Notes: generated from the sequence alone by a model not told the origin. DNA of 64,000 nucleotides from Eledone cirrhosa (GCA_964016885.1 OZ024748.1:35960001-36024000), one strand, 5' to 3'; positions 1 to 11,957 are shown, counted from the stretch's first letter. Numbers and translations are program-made.

Positions 1-1236
1 CATCTTCCGCGTTGGAGGGGAGGGGTATATTTTCGGGTTGTGTTTGCGGTGCGGGTGTTTTGGAAATTGTTTTTTTTTTAGTGGGGGGGATGGGTTGGAC
101 ATTGTTTTGTTTTGGTTTGAGCTGTGGTTGTTGTTTTTGTAGTGGTAGTTGTGGTGAGTGTGTTGGTTGTGCAGTTGTTGGTGGTGTAGGCAGGATTGGG
201 GTTTTCTTATTAAGTTGGGGACAGACAGCCCTCAGGTGACCTCTGGTTCCGCAGAGATAACACGAGGGCCGCCTACCCTCAACGGTAATGTTAATGAAAG
301 TTTGATCATCCAGTATGACGCGTTCAGGGATCTGGGCGATCCTTTCGGGCCTCATTTGAACTACAAGTTCGAGGCTCGTTCCACTGAACGCGTCACCCGA
401 TGCTTTTCCCATGGACACCAGCGTGTCATCATCCAGGTTCAGGAAACCTGTCAAAACCCACCATATGTCCATAAACGGCAGGATGGTGTGGATTTTTATT
501 TTTTGTGTTCTACCCATGTGCGTAGGGTAGAAGGTGTATGCGGTTGATGTGATTGGTTTGATGGACAGTTTCACTGCTGTGTCCCTGTCCTTCATGAGAA
601 TGGATAGACTCCCGTAGAGTCTATCCTTCTGAATGAAGGTGATGTCCTTCATGACGTCTTTTAAAACCAGCTCTATCTCACTCTGTGATGGTTGAGCTGG
701 TTTTTTGCTTTTATTTGAGATTGTCCTAAACATGACAGTGTTTAGGAGTCTCTGGCTTTTTAGTTCCGGGGGGGGGGGGGATGGATCGTGAATGAACCAT
801 TTTCCCCGTACACTATATATTTTTTGGCATCTGCCAATAGCTCCTTCGCTTTGGTTATATCTACTGGCAGATAGTCGAGGGTTTTCCTTGCCGTCTGGGC
901 GAAGGAGACCCTTTCCCTGCTTGTGTTGCTGTTGTAGTTGGTGGTGGTGTTGCTATCATTGTTGTTGTTATCACAGTTATTGGTCTTGTTGTTGTTGTTA
1001 TTGTTATTGGTGTTGTTTTCGTCCGTCGCATTGTTGTTGTTGTTGTTGTTGCTGGTGCCGCTGGTTCTTTGGTTTGTTGCCATGGCAACGTCAAGTTGTC
1101 GGTCAGCAGGTGGAGAAAATCCTTCCTCTGGCTGACCTTTGTTTTTGACCTCTGCTACTGTGACAGTGGCAAGAGGAAGCTGTAAGTTTATCTTCCCCTT
1201 TCCTCCTTCCAATTTTGGTGAAGAAGCTTCAGCCAT
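1..1236 (-). CDS. LINE ORF1 gag-like nucleic-acid-binding protein, frameshifted at G13 run 768-780
   Basis: ORF 760..1236 (MAEASSPK...) continues after the homopolymer in another frame by manual translation: PELKSQRLLNTVMFRT...FINITVEGRRPSCYLCGTRGHLRAVCPQL. CX2CX4HX4C at 221-262, followed by a Pro/Thr-rich stretch. Confidence 0.8.
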
Positions 1237-1432
1237 TTTTTAAAATGTTAACTTTTCAACAAAAAAAAAACTTTTTTGTTTAACTATTTCGCCTAAAGGC
1301 TGACCAGATCAAAGTTTGACCTGGCAGTCCCTCTACAAAATGGTACAAAAATTAAAGTTTACAGACAAGAATTTCTATAGAAATTTAAACAGAACTTACT
1401 CAGCAAGTTATACGCGTGTGTCCATCCCAGAA
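1..1432 (-). mobile_element. 5' portion (5'UTR + ORF1) of a non-LTR retrotransposon, L1/Tx1-clade-like; continues beyond window start
   Basis: Minus-strand ORF1 with zinc knuckle (next feature); complex sequence ends abruptly at ~1432 against a (GATA)n tract. Confidence 0.75.
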
Positions 1433-1504
1433 GATAGATAGATAGATATATATAGATAGATAGATAAATATACACGGGTGTGTATGATTGTGTATAGAAC
1501 ATTA

Positions 1505-1872
1505 TATTAATAAAAGGAATTTCAACTTTGTCTGATTTACTCGTTTTATTTACAATCCTTTAAAATTTATAATAGTATTAGAATGAAATAGTATGGTAGA
1601 ATATTAAATGTTAAGTGTTAATTGAACAAGTACTTTCATGCTTTCGCAATCTTCAGCTTCATATTCTGTTTGCAATTTTCAAGAAAATTTCAAACTTGAC
1701 TGTCACCACAGAATATGAAACTGAAGATTGCGAAAGCATGAAAGTACTTGTTCAATTAACACTTAACATTTAATATTCTACCATACTATTTCATTCTAAT
1801 ACCATTATACATTTTAAAGGATTGTAAATAAAACGAGTAAATCAGACTAAGTTGGAATTCCTTTTATTAATA
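1505..1872. mobile_element. Fold-back (inverted) PLE terminus, ~165-bp arms, HHR-like motif on each arm
   Basis: 1505-1668 is a near-perfect reverse complement of 1709-1872; runs into (TA)n. Confidence 0.75.
1716..1754 (+). ncRNA. Minimal type I hammerhead ribozyme, imperfect (mirror copy 1623-1661, - strand)
   Basis: tgaaa CTGAAGA t tgc-gaaa-gca t GAAA gtac TT gttca; palindromic stem III; mismatches next to the core. Confidence 0.6.
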
Positions 1873-1881
1873 TATATATAA

Positions 1882-2397
<516 letters not shown>

Positions 2398-2455
2398 TAT
2401 GTATGTATACGTACATACATATATGTATACAGACGTACAGTAGCAGGTCCCATTT

Positions 2456-3133
2456 ATGTCATTATTTACCATGGTAAATAATGACATAAATGGGACCTGC
2501 CCCTTGTATAGGAGCAAATTTTGGAATAGAATAGAAAGAACTAGGAACAAGGCTAATAGAATAAACTCATGGTATGATAGCAATAAATACCAGAGTGTAA
2601 TGTTCATCAATACAACCCCTAGAGGTGAATTAGCTTACAAATTTAGAAGGGCCCTAAATAAACATAAACTCAATATTAAGATAGTAGAAAGACCAGGTAC
2701 CTCCGTAAAAACACTTATTAGCAAGACATACCCTTTTCAAAGACCCTCATGTATAGATAAGAAATGTATAACCTGTAAAATAAGCCCCCATATTAACTGT
2801 AAAACTAGAAATGTAGTGTATAGCATAAGATGTGCTGAAGGACAATGTAGAGACAAAAATATAGTGTACATAGGTGAGACAGTTCGTAGTGTAGGGGAAC
2901 GGATAAATGAACACTGGCGAGACCTTCAAGATAATAAAGAATCATCTGTACTCTACCAACATGCTAAGATAGAACACAAGGGTAAATTAGAGAACATAGA
3001 AATAAAAATAGAATCTACACACAGAAAAGACGCAATGTTTAGACAAATTACAGAGGCAATAAACATAAAAGAATTACAACCAAAATTAAATAGAAAATAT
3101 GAGTGGAACAGCAACATCACAACTTACAATTAA
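2456..3133 (+). CDS. C-terminal part of PLE polyprotein: Cys-rich linker + GIY-YIG endonuclease (first few codons come from the inverted duplication)
   Basis: CIDKKCITC...CKTRNVVYSIRC...YIGETVRSVGERINEH...RQITEAINI...PKLN; uninterrupted 225-aa frame. Confidence 0.9.
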   Translation: MSLFTMVNNDINGTCPLYRSKFWNRIERTRNKANRINSWYDSNKYQSVMFINTTPRGELAYKFRRALNKHKLNIKIVERPGTSVKTLISKTYPFQRPSCIDKKCITCKISPHINCKTRNVVYSIRCAEGQCRDKNIVYIGETVRSVGERINEHWRDLQDNKESSVLYQHAKIEHKGKLENIEIKIESTHRKDAMFRQITEAINIKELQPKLNRKYEWNSNITTYN

Positions 3134-3331
3134 GGACAAAATGAAAACACACACACACACAGAACAAACAACCAACCAGTAACATGTAAATAAACATAAA
3201 TAAATGAACATAAACACACACAGACACCCGGATGTGGCGCATGCGCAGACTGAGCACACAACACACACTAAGAAACAAAATGGCGTAGGACAGAACAAAG
3301 GAGAGGCACAGAAACAAAGAAAGGAATCCCC

Positions 3332-3376
3332 AGTCACTGAAGAGGTCACAGAGTGTGTGACGAAAGAACTATGACT
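3332..3376 (+). ncRNA. Minimal type I hammerhead ribozyme in PLE 3' region
   Basis: agtca CTGAAGA g gtcaca-gagtg-tgtgac GAAA gaac TA tgact. Confidence 0.8.
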
Positions 3377-3526
3377 ATATATAAACAACTATCTGGTTGT
3401 GGAACCAACCAACCAACCAGAAATTTATAAATTTGTAAATTTATAAATTTATAAATATATAATAAATTGAAGTGAAAGCAACTGGTGCGTGTGTTTCTTA
3501 TTGGCAACATGACCCTCCCAAAGTAT

Positions 3527-4157
<631 letters not shown>

Positions 4158-4445
4158 AAAACAAATAACTAAACGAAATTAAATTTCGTTTCGCTTCTAA
4201 CTCACTTTTGTATGACTGACGCTTAAACAATTAAGTTAAAGTGTACATCTACATATGTATACGGAAGTATTAGTATGCATATAAATACACAATGTATACA
4301 TATGTACATGTACTGAGTTTTTCACTAGACACTTTACAGTGAGTGTCAGCTAGTCTGTATGTAACCACACAGACGGACAGGGTTTTAGAGTCATACGAGT
4401 TTTCAAGGAAACACATTTCCTCTATTCTCCAGAGAGCCAGACAGG

Positions 4446-4490
4446 AATATTGGACTAGTTTCGATGTTATTACATCTCATCAGCAATATT
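4446..4490 (-). ncRNA. Minimal type I hammerhead ribozyme (inverted copy)
   Basis: Reverse complement of aatattg CTGATGA gatgt-aata-acatc GAAA ctag TC caatatt. Confidence 0.92.
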
Positions 4491-5256
4491 TACCCATCTT
4501 TCGGCTTCTCTGGAGAATTGTAAAAGCACATATCGTTATATGCTTTTTCTATGAAAATTAGTAGTGGGTAGACTAATTTGCATAGAACGTGAGTCATTGT
4601 ACGCACCGGTTCAGCGGAAACGATAAAAACAAATAACGAAACGAAATTAAATTTCGTTTCGCTTCTAACTCACTTTTGTATGACTGACGCTTAAACAATT
4701 AAGTTAAAGTGTACATCTACATATGTATACGGAAGTATTAGTATGCATATAAATACACACATGTATACATATGTACATGTACTGAGTTTTTCACTAGACA
4801 CTTTACAGTGAGTGTCAGCTAGTCTGTATGTAACCACACAGCTCTCTGGAGAATAGAGGAAATGTGTTTCCTTGAAAACTCGTATGACTCTAAAACCCGG
4901 TCCGTCTGTGTGGTTACATACAGACTAGCTGACACTCACTGTAAAGTGTCTAGCGAAACACTCAGTACATGTACATATGTATACATGTGTGTATTTATAT
5001 GCATACTAATACTTCCGTATACATATGTAGATGTACACTTTAACTTAATTGTTTAAGCGTCAGTCATACAAAAGTGAGTTAGAAGCGAAACGAAATTTAA
5101 TTTCGTTTCGTTATTTGTTTTTATCGTTTCCGCTGAACCGGTGCGTACAATGACTCACGTTCTATGCAAATTAGTCTACCCACTACTAATTTTTATAGAA
5201 AAAGCATATAACGATATGTGCTTTTACAATTCTCCAGAGAAGCCGGAAGATCGGTA

Positions 5257-5301
5257 AATATTGCTGATGAGATGTAATAACATCGAAACTAGTCCAATAT
5301 T
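5257..5301 (+). ncRNA. Minimal type I hammerhead ribozyme, predicted cleavage after C5294
   Basis: aatattg CTGATGA gatgt-aata-acatc GAAA ctag TC caatatt; complete core, G-C at base of stem II, GUC triplet. Confidence 0.93.
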
Positions 5302-5726
5302 CCTGTCTGGCTCTCTGGAGAATAGAGGAAATGTGTTTCCTTGAAAACTCGTATGACTCTAAAACCCGGTCCGTCTGTGTGGTTACATACAGACTAGCTG
5401 ACACTCACTGTAAAGTGTCTAGTGAAAAACTCAGTACATGTACATATGTATACATGTGTGTATTTATATGCATACTAATACTTCCGTATACATATGTAGA
5501 TGTACACTTTAACTTAATTGTTTAAGCGTCAGTCATACAAAAGTAAGTTAGAAGCGAAACGAAATTTAATTTCGTTTTCGTTATCTGTTTTTATCGTTTC
5601 CGCTGAACCGGTGCGTACAATGACTCACGTTCTATGCAAATTAGTCTACCCACTACTAATTTTCATAGAAAAAGCATATAACGATATGTGCTTTTACAAT
5701 TCTCCAGAGAAGCCGGAAGATGGGTA

Positions 5727-5771
5727 AATATTGCTGATGAGATGTAAAAACATCGAAACTAGTCCAATATT
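5727..5771 (+). ncRNA. Minimal type I hammerhead ribozyme, predicted cleavage after C5764
   Basis: Same motif, loop 2 = aaaa. Confidence 0.93.
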
Positions 5772-6195
5772 CCTGTCTGGCTCTCTGGAGAATAGAGGAA
5801 ATGTGTTTCCTTGAAAACTCGTATGACTCTAAAACCCGGTCCGTCTGTGTGGTTACATACAGACTAGCTGACACTCACTGTAAAGTGTCTAGTGAAAAAC
5901 TCAGTACATGTACATATGTATACATGTGTGTATTTATATGCATACTAATACTTCCGTATACATATGTAGATGTACACTTTAACTTAATTGTTTAAGCGTC
6001 AGTCATACAAAAGTGAGTTAGAAGCGAAACGAAATTTAATTTCGTTTCGTTATTTGTTTTTATCGTTTCCGCTGAACCGGTGCGTACAATGACTCACGTT
6101 CTATGCAAATTAGTCTACCCACTACTAATTTTCATAGAAAAAGCATATAACGATATGTGCTTTTACAATTCTCCAGAGAAGCCGGAAGATGGGTA

Positions 6196-6240
6196 AATAT
6201 TGCTGATGAGATGTAATAACATCGAAACTAGTCCAATATT
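6196..6240 (+). ncRNA. Minimal type I hammerhead ribozyme, predicted cleavage after C6233
   Basis: Same motif. Confidence 0.93.
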
Positions 6241-6664
6241 CCTGTCTGGCTCTCTAGAGAATAGAGGAAATGTGTTTCCTTGAAAACTCGTATGACTCTA
6301 AAACCCGGTCCGTCTGTGTGGTTACATACAGACTAGCTGACACTCACTGTAAAGTGTCTAGTGAAAAACTCAGTACATGTACATATGTATACATGTGTGT
6401 ATTTATATGCATACTAATACTTCCGTATACATATGTAGATGTACACTTTAACTTAATTGTTTAAGCGTCAGTCATACAAAAGTGAGTTAGAAGCGAAACG
6501 AAATTTAATTTCGTTTCGTTCTTTGTTTTTATCGTTTCCGCTGAACCGGTGCGTACAATGACTCACGTTCTATGTAAATTAGTCTACCCACTACTAATTT
6601 TCATAGAAAAAGCATATAACGATATGTGCTTTTACAATTCTCCAGAGAAGCCGGAAGATGGGTA

Positions 6665-6713
6665 AATATTGCTGATGAGATAGATGTAATAACATCGAAA
6701 CTAGTCCAATATT
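6665..6713 (+). ncRNA. Hammerhead ribozyme copy with 4-nt insertion next to the core
   Basis: CTGATGA gata gatgt-aata-acatc GAAA ctag TC. Confidence 0.8.
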
Positions 6714-6931
6714 CCTGTCTGGCTCTCTGGAGAATAGAGGAAATGTGTTTCCTTGAAAACTCGTATGACTCTAAAACCCGGTCCGTCTGTGTGGTTACAT
6801 ACAGACTAGCTGACACTCACTGTAAAGTGTCTAGTGAAAAACTCAGTACATGTACATATGTATACATGTGTGTATTTATATGCATACTAACACTTCCGTA
6901 TACATATGTCGATGTACACTTTAACTTAATT

Positions 6932-7011
<80 letters not shown>

Positions 7012-7217
7012 CGTAGATTCCCGAATTGTGTCGGGGTAAAACGGTGTTCAGGATCGGGGCCCAGACATGTGATAGACTGAGGTGTCGGGATTAGATTGCA
7101 ATCTACCATAGTCGTTATTTTGGTGCTCCAACACAACCGGACTTCTAGAAAAAAATACAGTATTTACAATGTATTAATTTCAATTTATAACACTGTACCT
7201 ATTTATTAACTTTCAAT

Positions 7218-7307
7218 GAAACTATATTTGAGTATAACTCTATAGTTTTCAGGAAACTATATTTGAGTATAACTCTATAGTTTCCACGAAACTATATTTG
7301 AGTATAA
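7218..7307. repeat. 35-bp tandem repeat, ~2.5 copies
   Basis: gaaactatatttgagtataactctatagttt.. at ~7218, 7253, 7288. Confidence 0.85.
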
Positions 7308-7334
7308 TCATTTATTATTATTATTATTTCCATC

Positions 7335-7519
7335 GGTGGGTTGGCAGTATCGGTAGAGGGTGGGATGCCATGCTTTGACGCATAGAGTTACGGCCCTTGC
7401 CATTCTGAGTTCAAATCCCGCCGCGGTTAACTTTACCTTTCATCCTTACGGGGTCGATAAAATAAAGTACCAGTAATGCACTGGGATAATTGCTGGCCTT
7501 GTGCCAAAAGTAGAAACAA
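7335..7519 (+). mobile_element. tRNA-derived SINE with target-site duplication
   Basis: A box TGGCAGTATCGG, B box GTTCAAATCC; ttattattatttccatc at 7318-7334 and 7520-7536; homologous copies at 8571 and 31271. Confidence 0.88.
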
Positions 7520-7820
7520 TTATTATTATTTCCATCACAAGTATTTATTTTAGTTGTTGCTAAATTGTAATTAATTGTAGAATTAAATTAAACTTTATAG
7601 ATGATCTATTTTAACATTAATATGTAAATTACGTTAGCAAGTTGTAATTTTAGCATTTGTATTTAGCTTACAGGTAAGAATTATCACCTTGACGACTAGT
7701 ACAGCATTATGATATGGAGACTAACGAAACTTCATGAGCCATAAACAATTTAATCTGCAGAATTTTTATGGTGGTGTGTATGTATATATATATATACATA
7801 CATAATACATACATACATAC

Positions 7821-7873
<53 letters not shown>

Positions 7874-8074
7874 TGTGTGCGCGTGTAAAAAGTAAACAGA
7901 AATAACAAAACAAACGACACAGTACAATGAAGAAATATATTAGTTTAAAGCTTGAAATAATAGTCCTTTATCAGAAGATAGAATGAAAAATATATACTAT
8001 CTATCTCATTGTATTACGTGTTCCAGCCGACAAGCTAGGGCCATGTATATGGCAATGCCCCATATATATATATC

Positions 8075-8506
8075 AGCAAAGGGATATTTAATTTGTTGGT
8101 AATTCAACAACTATATTTATAACAGATTCGAAGCACTCGACATTTTTTTTCTGGAGTATAATATCAATGATATTAATAAATGGAAACAATATTTATAAAA
8201 CCATATTTATTCTATTATATATATTTCAAGGGTACCAAAACTTTGGTACGCCCTCATCAGATAAAATACAAAGTTTGTTTTATAAATATTGACATATCCA
8301 GGAATGAGACCTTAACGGTTCAGGTTCCGTTTGGATAGTCTATCCAAACGGAACCTGAACTGTTAAGGTCTGATTCCTGGGTATGTCACTATTTATAAAA
8401 CCAATTTTGTATTTTATCTGATGAGAACGTACCAAAGTTTTGGTACCCTTGAAATATATATAATAGAATAAATATGGTTTTATAAATATAGTTTCCATTA
8501 ATTAAT
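8075..8506. mobile_element. Fold-back PLE terminus (arms 8172-8338 / 8340-8506) with tail 8075-8171
   Basis: Inverted repeat centred on 8339; HHR on each arm; TA tracts on both sides. Confidence 0.8.
8410..8470 (+). ncRNA. Type I hammerhead ribozyme (mirror copy 8208-8268, - strand)
   Basis: tattttat CTGATGA gaac gtaccaaa-gt-tttggtac cctt GAAA tatata TA atagaata; same architecture as 4018-4077. Confidence 0.75.
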
Positions 8507-8571
8507 ATATATATATAAGCTATGTGCAGACAACAGGCACACAGAGAAGTGAATTTGACAAACATATAACT

Positions 8572-8745
8572 GGTAGAGGGTCGGACGCCATGCTCTGCAG
8601 CAAAGAGTTACGGCCCTTTATGGCCCTTTATGGTCTAAGTTCAAATCCCGCCGAGGTTAACTTTGCCTTTCATCCTTACGAGGTCGATAAAGTAATACAC
8701 TGGGATAATTGCTGGCCTTGTGCCAAAAGTAGAAACAATTATTTT
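8572..8745 (+). mobile_element. 5'-truncated copy of the same SINE
   Basis: gttcaaatcccgccgaggttaactttgcctttcatccttacg...gctggccttgtgccaaaagtagaaacaatt. Confidence 0.85.
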
Positions 8746-8989
8746 ATCCAAGGTAATTATTTTAAATGTTTGTCAAACATACTAGTGTGTCTGTCATCTG
8801 TAGCTGTCTTTCAGATCTGTTGTACATCTTCTTTGAACGACGCCTAACTTTGCAGAGTTGTCATCGTAGGACTCTTAGCTATGATTTTCCGATTGTGAAA
8901 ACCTTTAAAGGACTCGAAAAAGTTGTTTGTCACCTTTACCAGTTTCTGTCCTGTCTTGTGCCATTTGACAGTTGTTTTATTACATTTGA

Positions 8990-9054
<65 letters not shown>

Positions 9055-9076
9055 TGTCTGTGTGTCTGTCTGTCTG

Positions 9077-9112
<36 letters not shown>

Positions 9113-9233
9113 TGTCTGTGTGTGTATGTGTGTCTATGTGTGTACATAGGTGACTACTACTTAAAACCACTAAGAGTATTATTCAACTCAATACTTACGA
9201 AAAATAGAGTGTAGATATTATAAGGATTTCCTG

Positions 9234-9393
9234 CCCTACGGTTAAGCTTTTACAGATTTTATGGTAAAAACTTAATTGTAGAGTAGAAAATTCTTATAAA
9301 ATGAGGGCATTATTCGCTTCGGGTGACCCACGGGCAGTAATCTAACTAAAGTAGTTAGATTACTGCCCGCCCGCTTAGGATATTACAAATTAC

Positions 9394-9445
<52 letters not shown>

Positions 9446-9605
9446 GTAATTTGTAATATCCTAAGCGGGCGGGCAGTAATCTAACTACTTTAGTTAGATT
9501 ACTGCCCGTGGGTCACCCGAAGCGAATAATGCCCTCATTTTATAAGAATTTTCTACTCTACAATTAAGTTTTTACCATAAAATCTGTAAAAGCTTAACCG
9601 TAGGG
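9234..9605. repeat. Perfect ~165-bp inverted repeat around a central (TA)n
   Basis: 9234-9398 is the reverse complement of 9441-9605; internal 18-bp hairpin 9331-9369. Confidence 0.9.
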
Positions 9606-9819
9606 TTAAGTAAGATGGATTCAGTAAGAAACTGGTTAGACTATTACTCACCAGAGTACTCGATACTTGGGTAGTAGAGTGTGGTTATATGAATGAGTCA
9701 GGACCCCGGCGGCTGAGCTCTTGCCGTTTCAACAGTTAGTTGTAGTGGAGGCGGTGGGGATTGAAGATTGGGCTCTGTTGCTAGGGGAATAATAGTTGTA
9801 CATTGTTCATCACCACCAT

Positions 9820-9897
<78 letters not shown>

Positions 9898-10220
9898 CTT
9901 ACATGCTACAGCTGCTTTTATTTTCATTGCTATAATATATATATATATAAATATATAAATTCAGCGAGAATCGCATTTCGGTGGGTAGAAAAAGCGAAAC
10001 GAAACGCAAAATTCAGAATTATGCTGGCAAGCGCTCCATAGTTAAAAAAACAGAGCTAAACAATATGTTAAAACGCCATACAAAACTGAAAAAGTGGTCA
10101 AGAAAGCATCAACCACCTAAGCCAAAAAGCAAATCAAGCTAAACAGGTCAAAACAAAATAAATGAGGAAAAAACAAATGATAAAAAAAACGATAAAAATA
10201 TATAAATGATATATATATAT

Positions 10221-10339
<119 letters not shown>

Positions 10340-10420
10340 TGGAAGGGATATTTAATTTGTTGGAAATTCAACAAATATAAATGTTTATAACTGATTCAGA
10401 GCACTCGACAAGTTTTCTGG

Positions 10421-10690
10421 ATTAAATATTTAAACAACTCCGTAAAATGTAACTGTAGAATCAAATCAAACTGCCCCTTACGAAATAAGTGTTTAGATAA
10501 AAACTTAGTCTATAAATGCACAGTTAAAACTTGTGATAATATATTTAATTATGTCGGTGCCACTTCTACAAAATTTAAAGATCGCTGGAATAACCACAAT
10601 CATTCTTTTAGAAGATCTGATAAAAAATCTTCTACTTGTCTTTCACATCTTATATGGAACTTAAAAAGCAAAAATATAGACTATTCAATA
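10421..10690 (+). pseudogene. Fragment of a second PLE GIY-YIG endonuclease (Naiad-like), absent from ORF track
   Basis: Manual translation: [82 protein letters not shown]; no stop; flanked by inverted tails 10333-10355 / 10683-10705 and (TA)n. Confidence 0.85.
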
Positions 10691-10722
10691 TCCCTTCTGC
10701 TTATATATATAGAGTGTGTCTC

Positions 10723-10786
<64 letters not shown>

Positions 10787-10907
10787 CATAATATATATAT
10801 ATACATATTTATACAAGCAGGTATATGTGCATGTATATATATTTGTGTGCGCGAGCATCTATCGCTCTCTCTATATATATCTATATCTGTGTGCGGGTAT
10901 ATATATA

Positions 10908-11705
10908 TATAGTTATAGGAATAACCAAAGAGTGCTTAGAAATACATTGTTTTATTAGCTAACAGTGTTTCATCCATACCCCATGGCAGTAACCATCAGA
11001 GCCTATATACAAGAGTATATCAGTAGTTGCATGCTCCATCGAGCTGCGTCACAAGAACAAGGTTAAAGGACCAGCAGGGGGGTCCTGAGGCCAGCGCTAT
11101 ATGGAAAAAGACAGAATACATGATGCACATAATGTCATAAAATGTCTTAAAAAATTTAAAAATTACACCAAAAATTTATCACTTAAATGGTGCAATAGAT
11201 GATAAAGAGGTTGGGAGAGGGTAGCAAGGGATGAGTGAGGGTATTACTCAGCATGATCAGAAACAATAAGAAAATAATAAAAAAAATAATAAAAAAGTAC
11301 AAAAATACAGGGATAAGAAAAGAGATAAATATAAAAATACAAAACAATAAAGGAACAAAAAGCCCGGAAACCCCCCAAAATATAAGACAAAGCAAAGCAT
11401 AGATACATCAAAGCACAGGCAGTGCAAAAACGGTGTACAGGCAGATTAAGAGCGTTTGCAAGCATGAGTCTGTGAAAAGAATAGTTGGTTAGCAGTGGTG
11501 CAGCCTTACATGTATGATAGTCCATGTATGGATGAAACACTGTTAGCTAATAAAACTATGTATTTCTAAGCACTCTTTGGTTATTCCTATAACTATAACG
11601 GCTCTGTAGTATACTAGTTATCCTACATTGAGCTAAAACCACACTGTCATACCAAGGGCAATATATCTGCATGTCTGGGCATATTGATATATTTGTCAAC
11701 GAAAC
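10908..11705. mobile_element. PLE remnant with 72-bp inverted arms (10908-10980 / 11526-11597) and degenerate HHR-like motifs
   Basis: Arms reverse-complementary; - strand ggct CTGATGG...GAAA cactg TT agct at ~10957-11003; tail gctctgta..cctacat.gagc resembles 2293-2312. Confidence 0.6.
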
Positions 11706-11718
11706 TATATATATATAT

Positions 11719-11801
<83 letters not shown>

Positions 11802-11885
11802 CACCAACACCCCACTCTCCAGAGCGTGAAATTAATAAACATTCGTTGTACTGCCTCTCTGTTTTGTCCCTGTTCAAATTTTTCC

Positions 11886-11934
<49 letters not shown>

Positions 11935-11957
11935 GTAAGTGTGTAACACACACTTAC

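Larger units (their letters stand above)
4155..6936. mobile_element. Retrozyme-like array: ~1.5 inverted copies (4155-4840) + ~4.5 direct copies (4841-6936) of a 469-473-bp non-coding unit with one HHR
   Basis: Unit starts at 4841, 5310, 5780, 6249, 6722; only a few differences between copies; (TA)n on both flanks; no credible ORF. Confidence 0.9.

Noticed and set aside
12-1148. Plus-strand ORFs 12..239, 158..547, 792..1148, 938..1135
   Set aside because: Antisense shadows of the LINE ORF1
4343-7009. Repeated 64-72 aa ORFs in the 470-bp unit
   Set aside because: Present on both strands, no recognisable domain, and one frame is broken in some copies; unit is better explained as structured RNA
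7335-7420. tRNA gene
   Set aside because: A/B boxes belong to a multi-copy SINE head with TSD; no cloverleaf
7935-7985. CTGATAA...TAAA hammerhead-like motif on the minus strand
   Set aside because: Core and stems too degenerate to support
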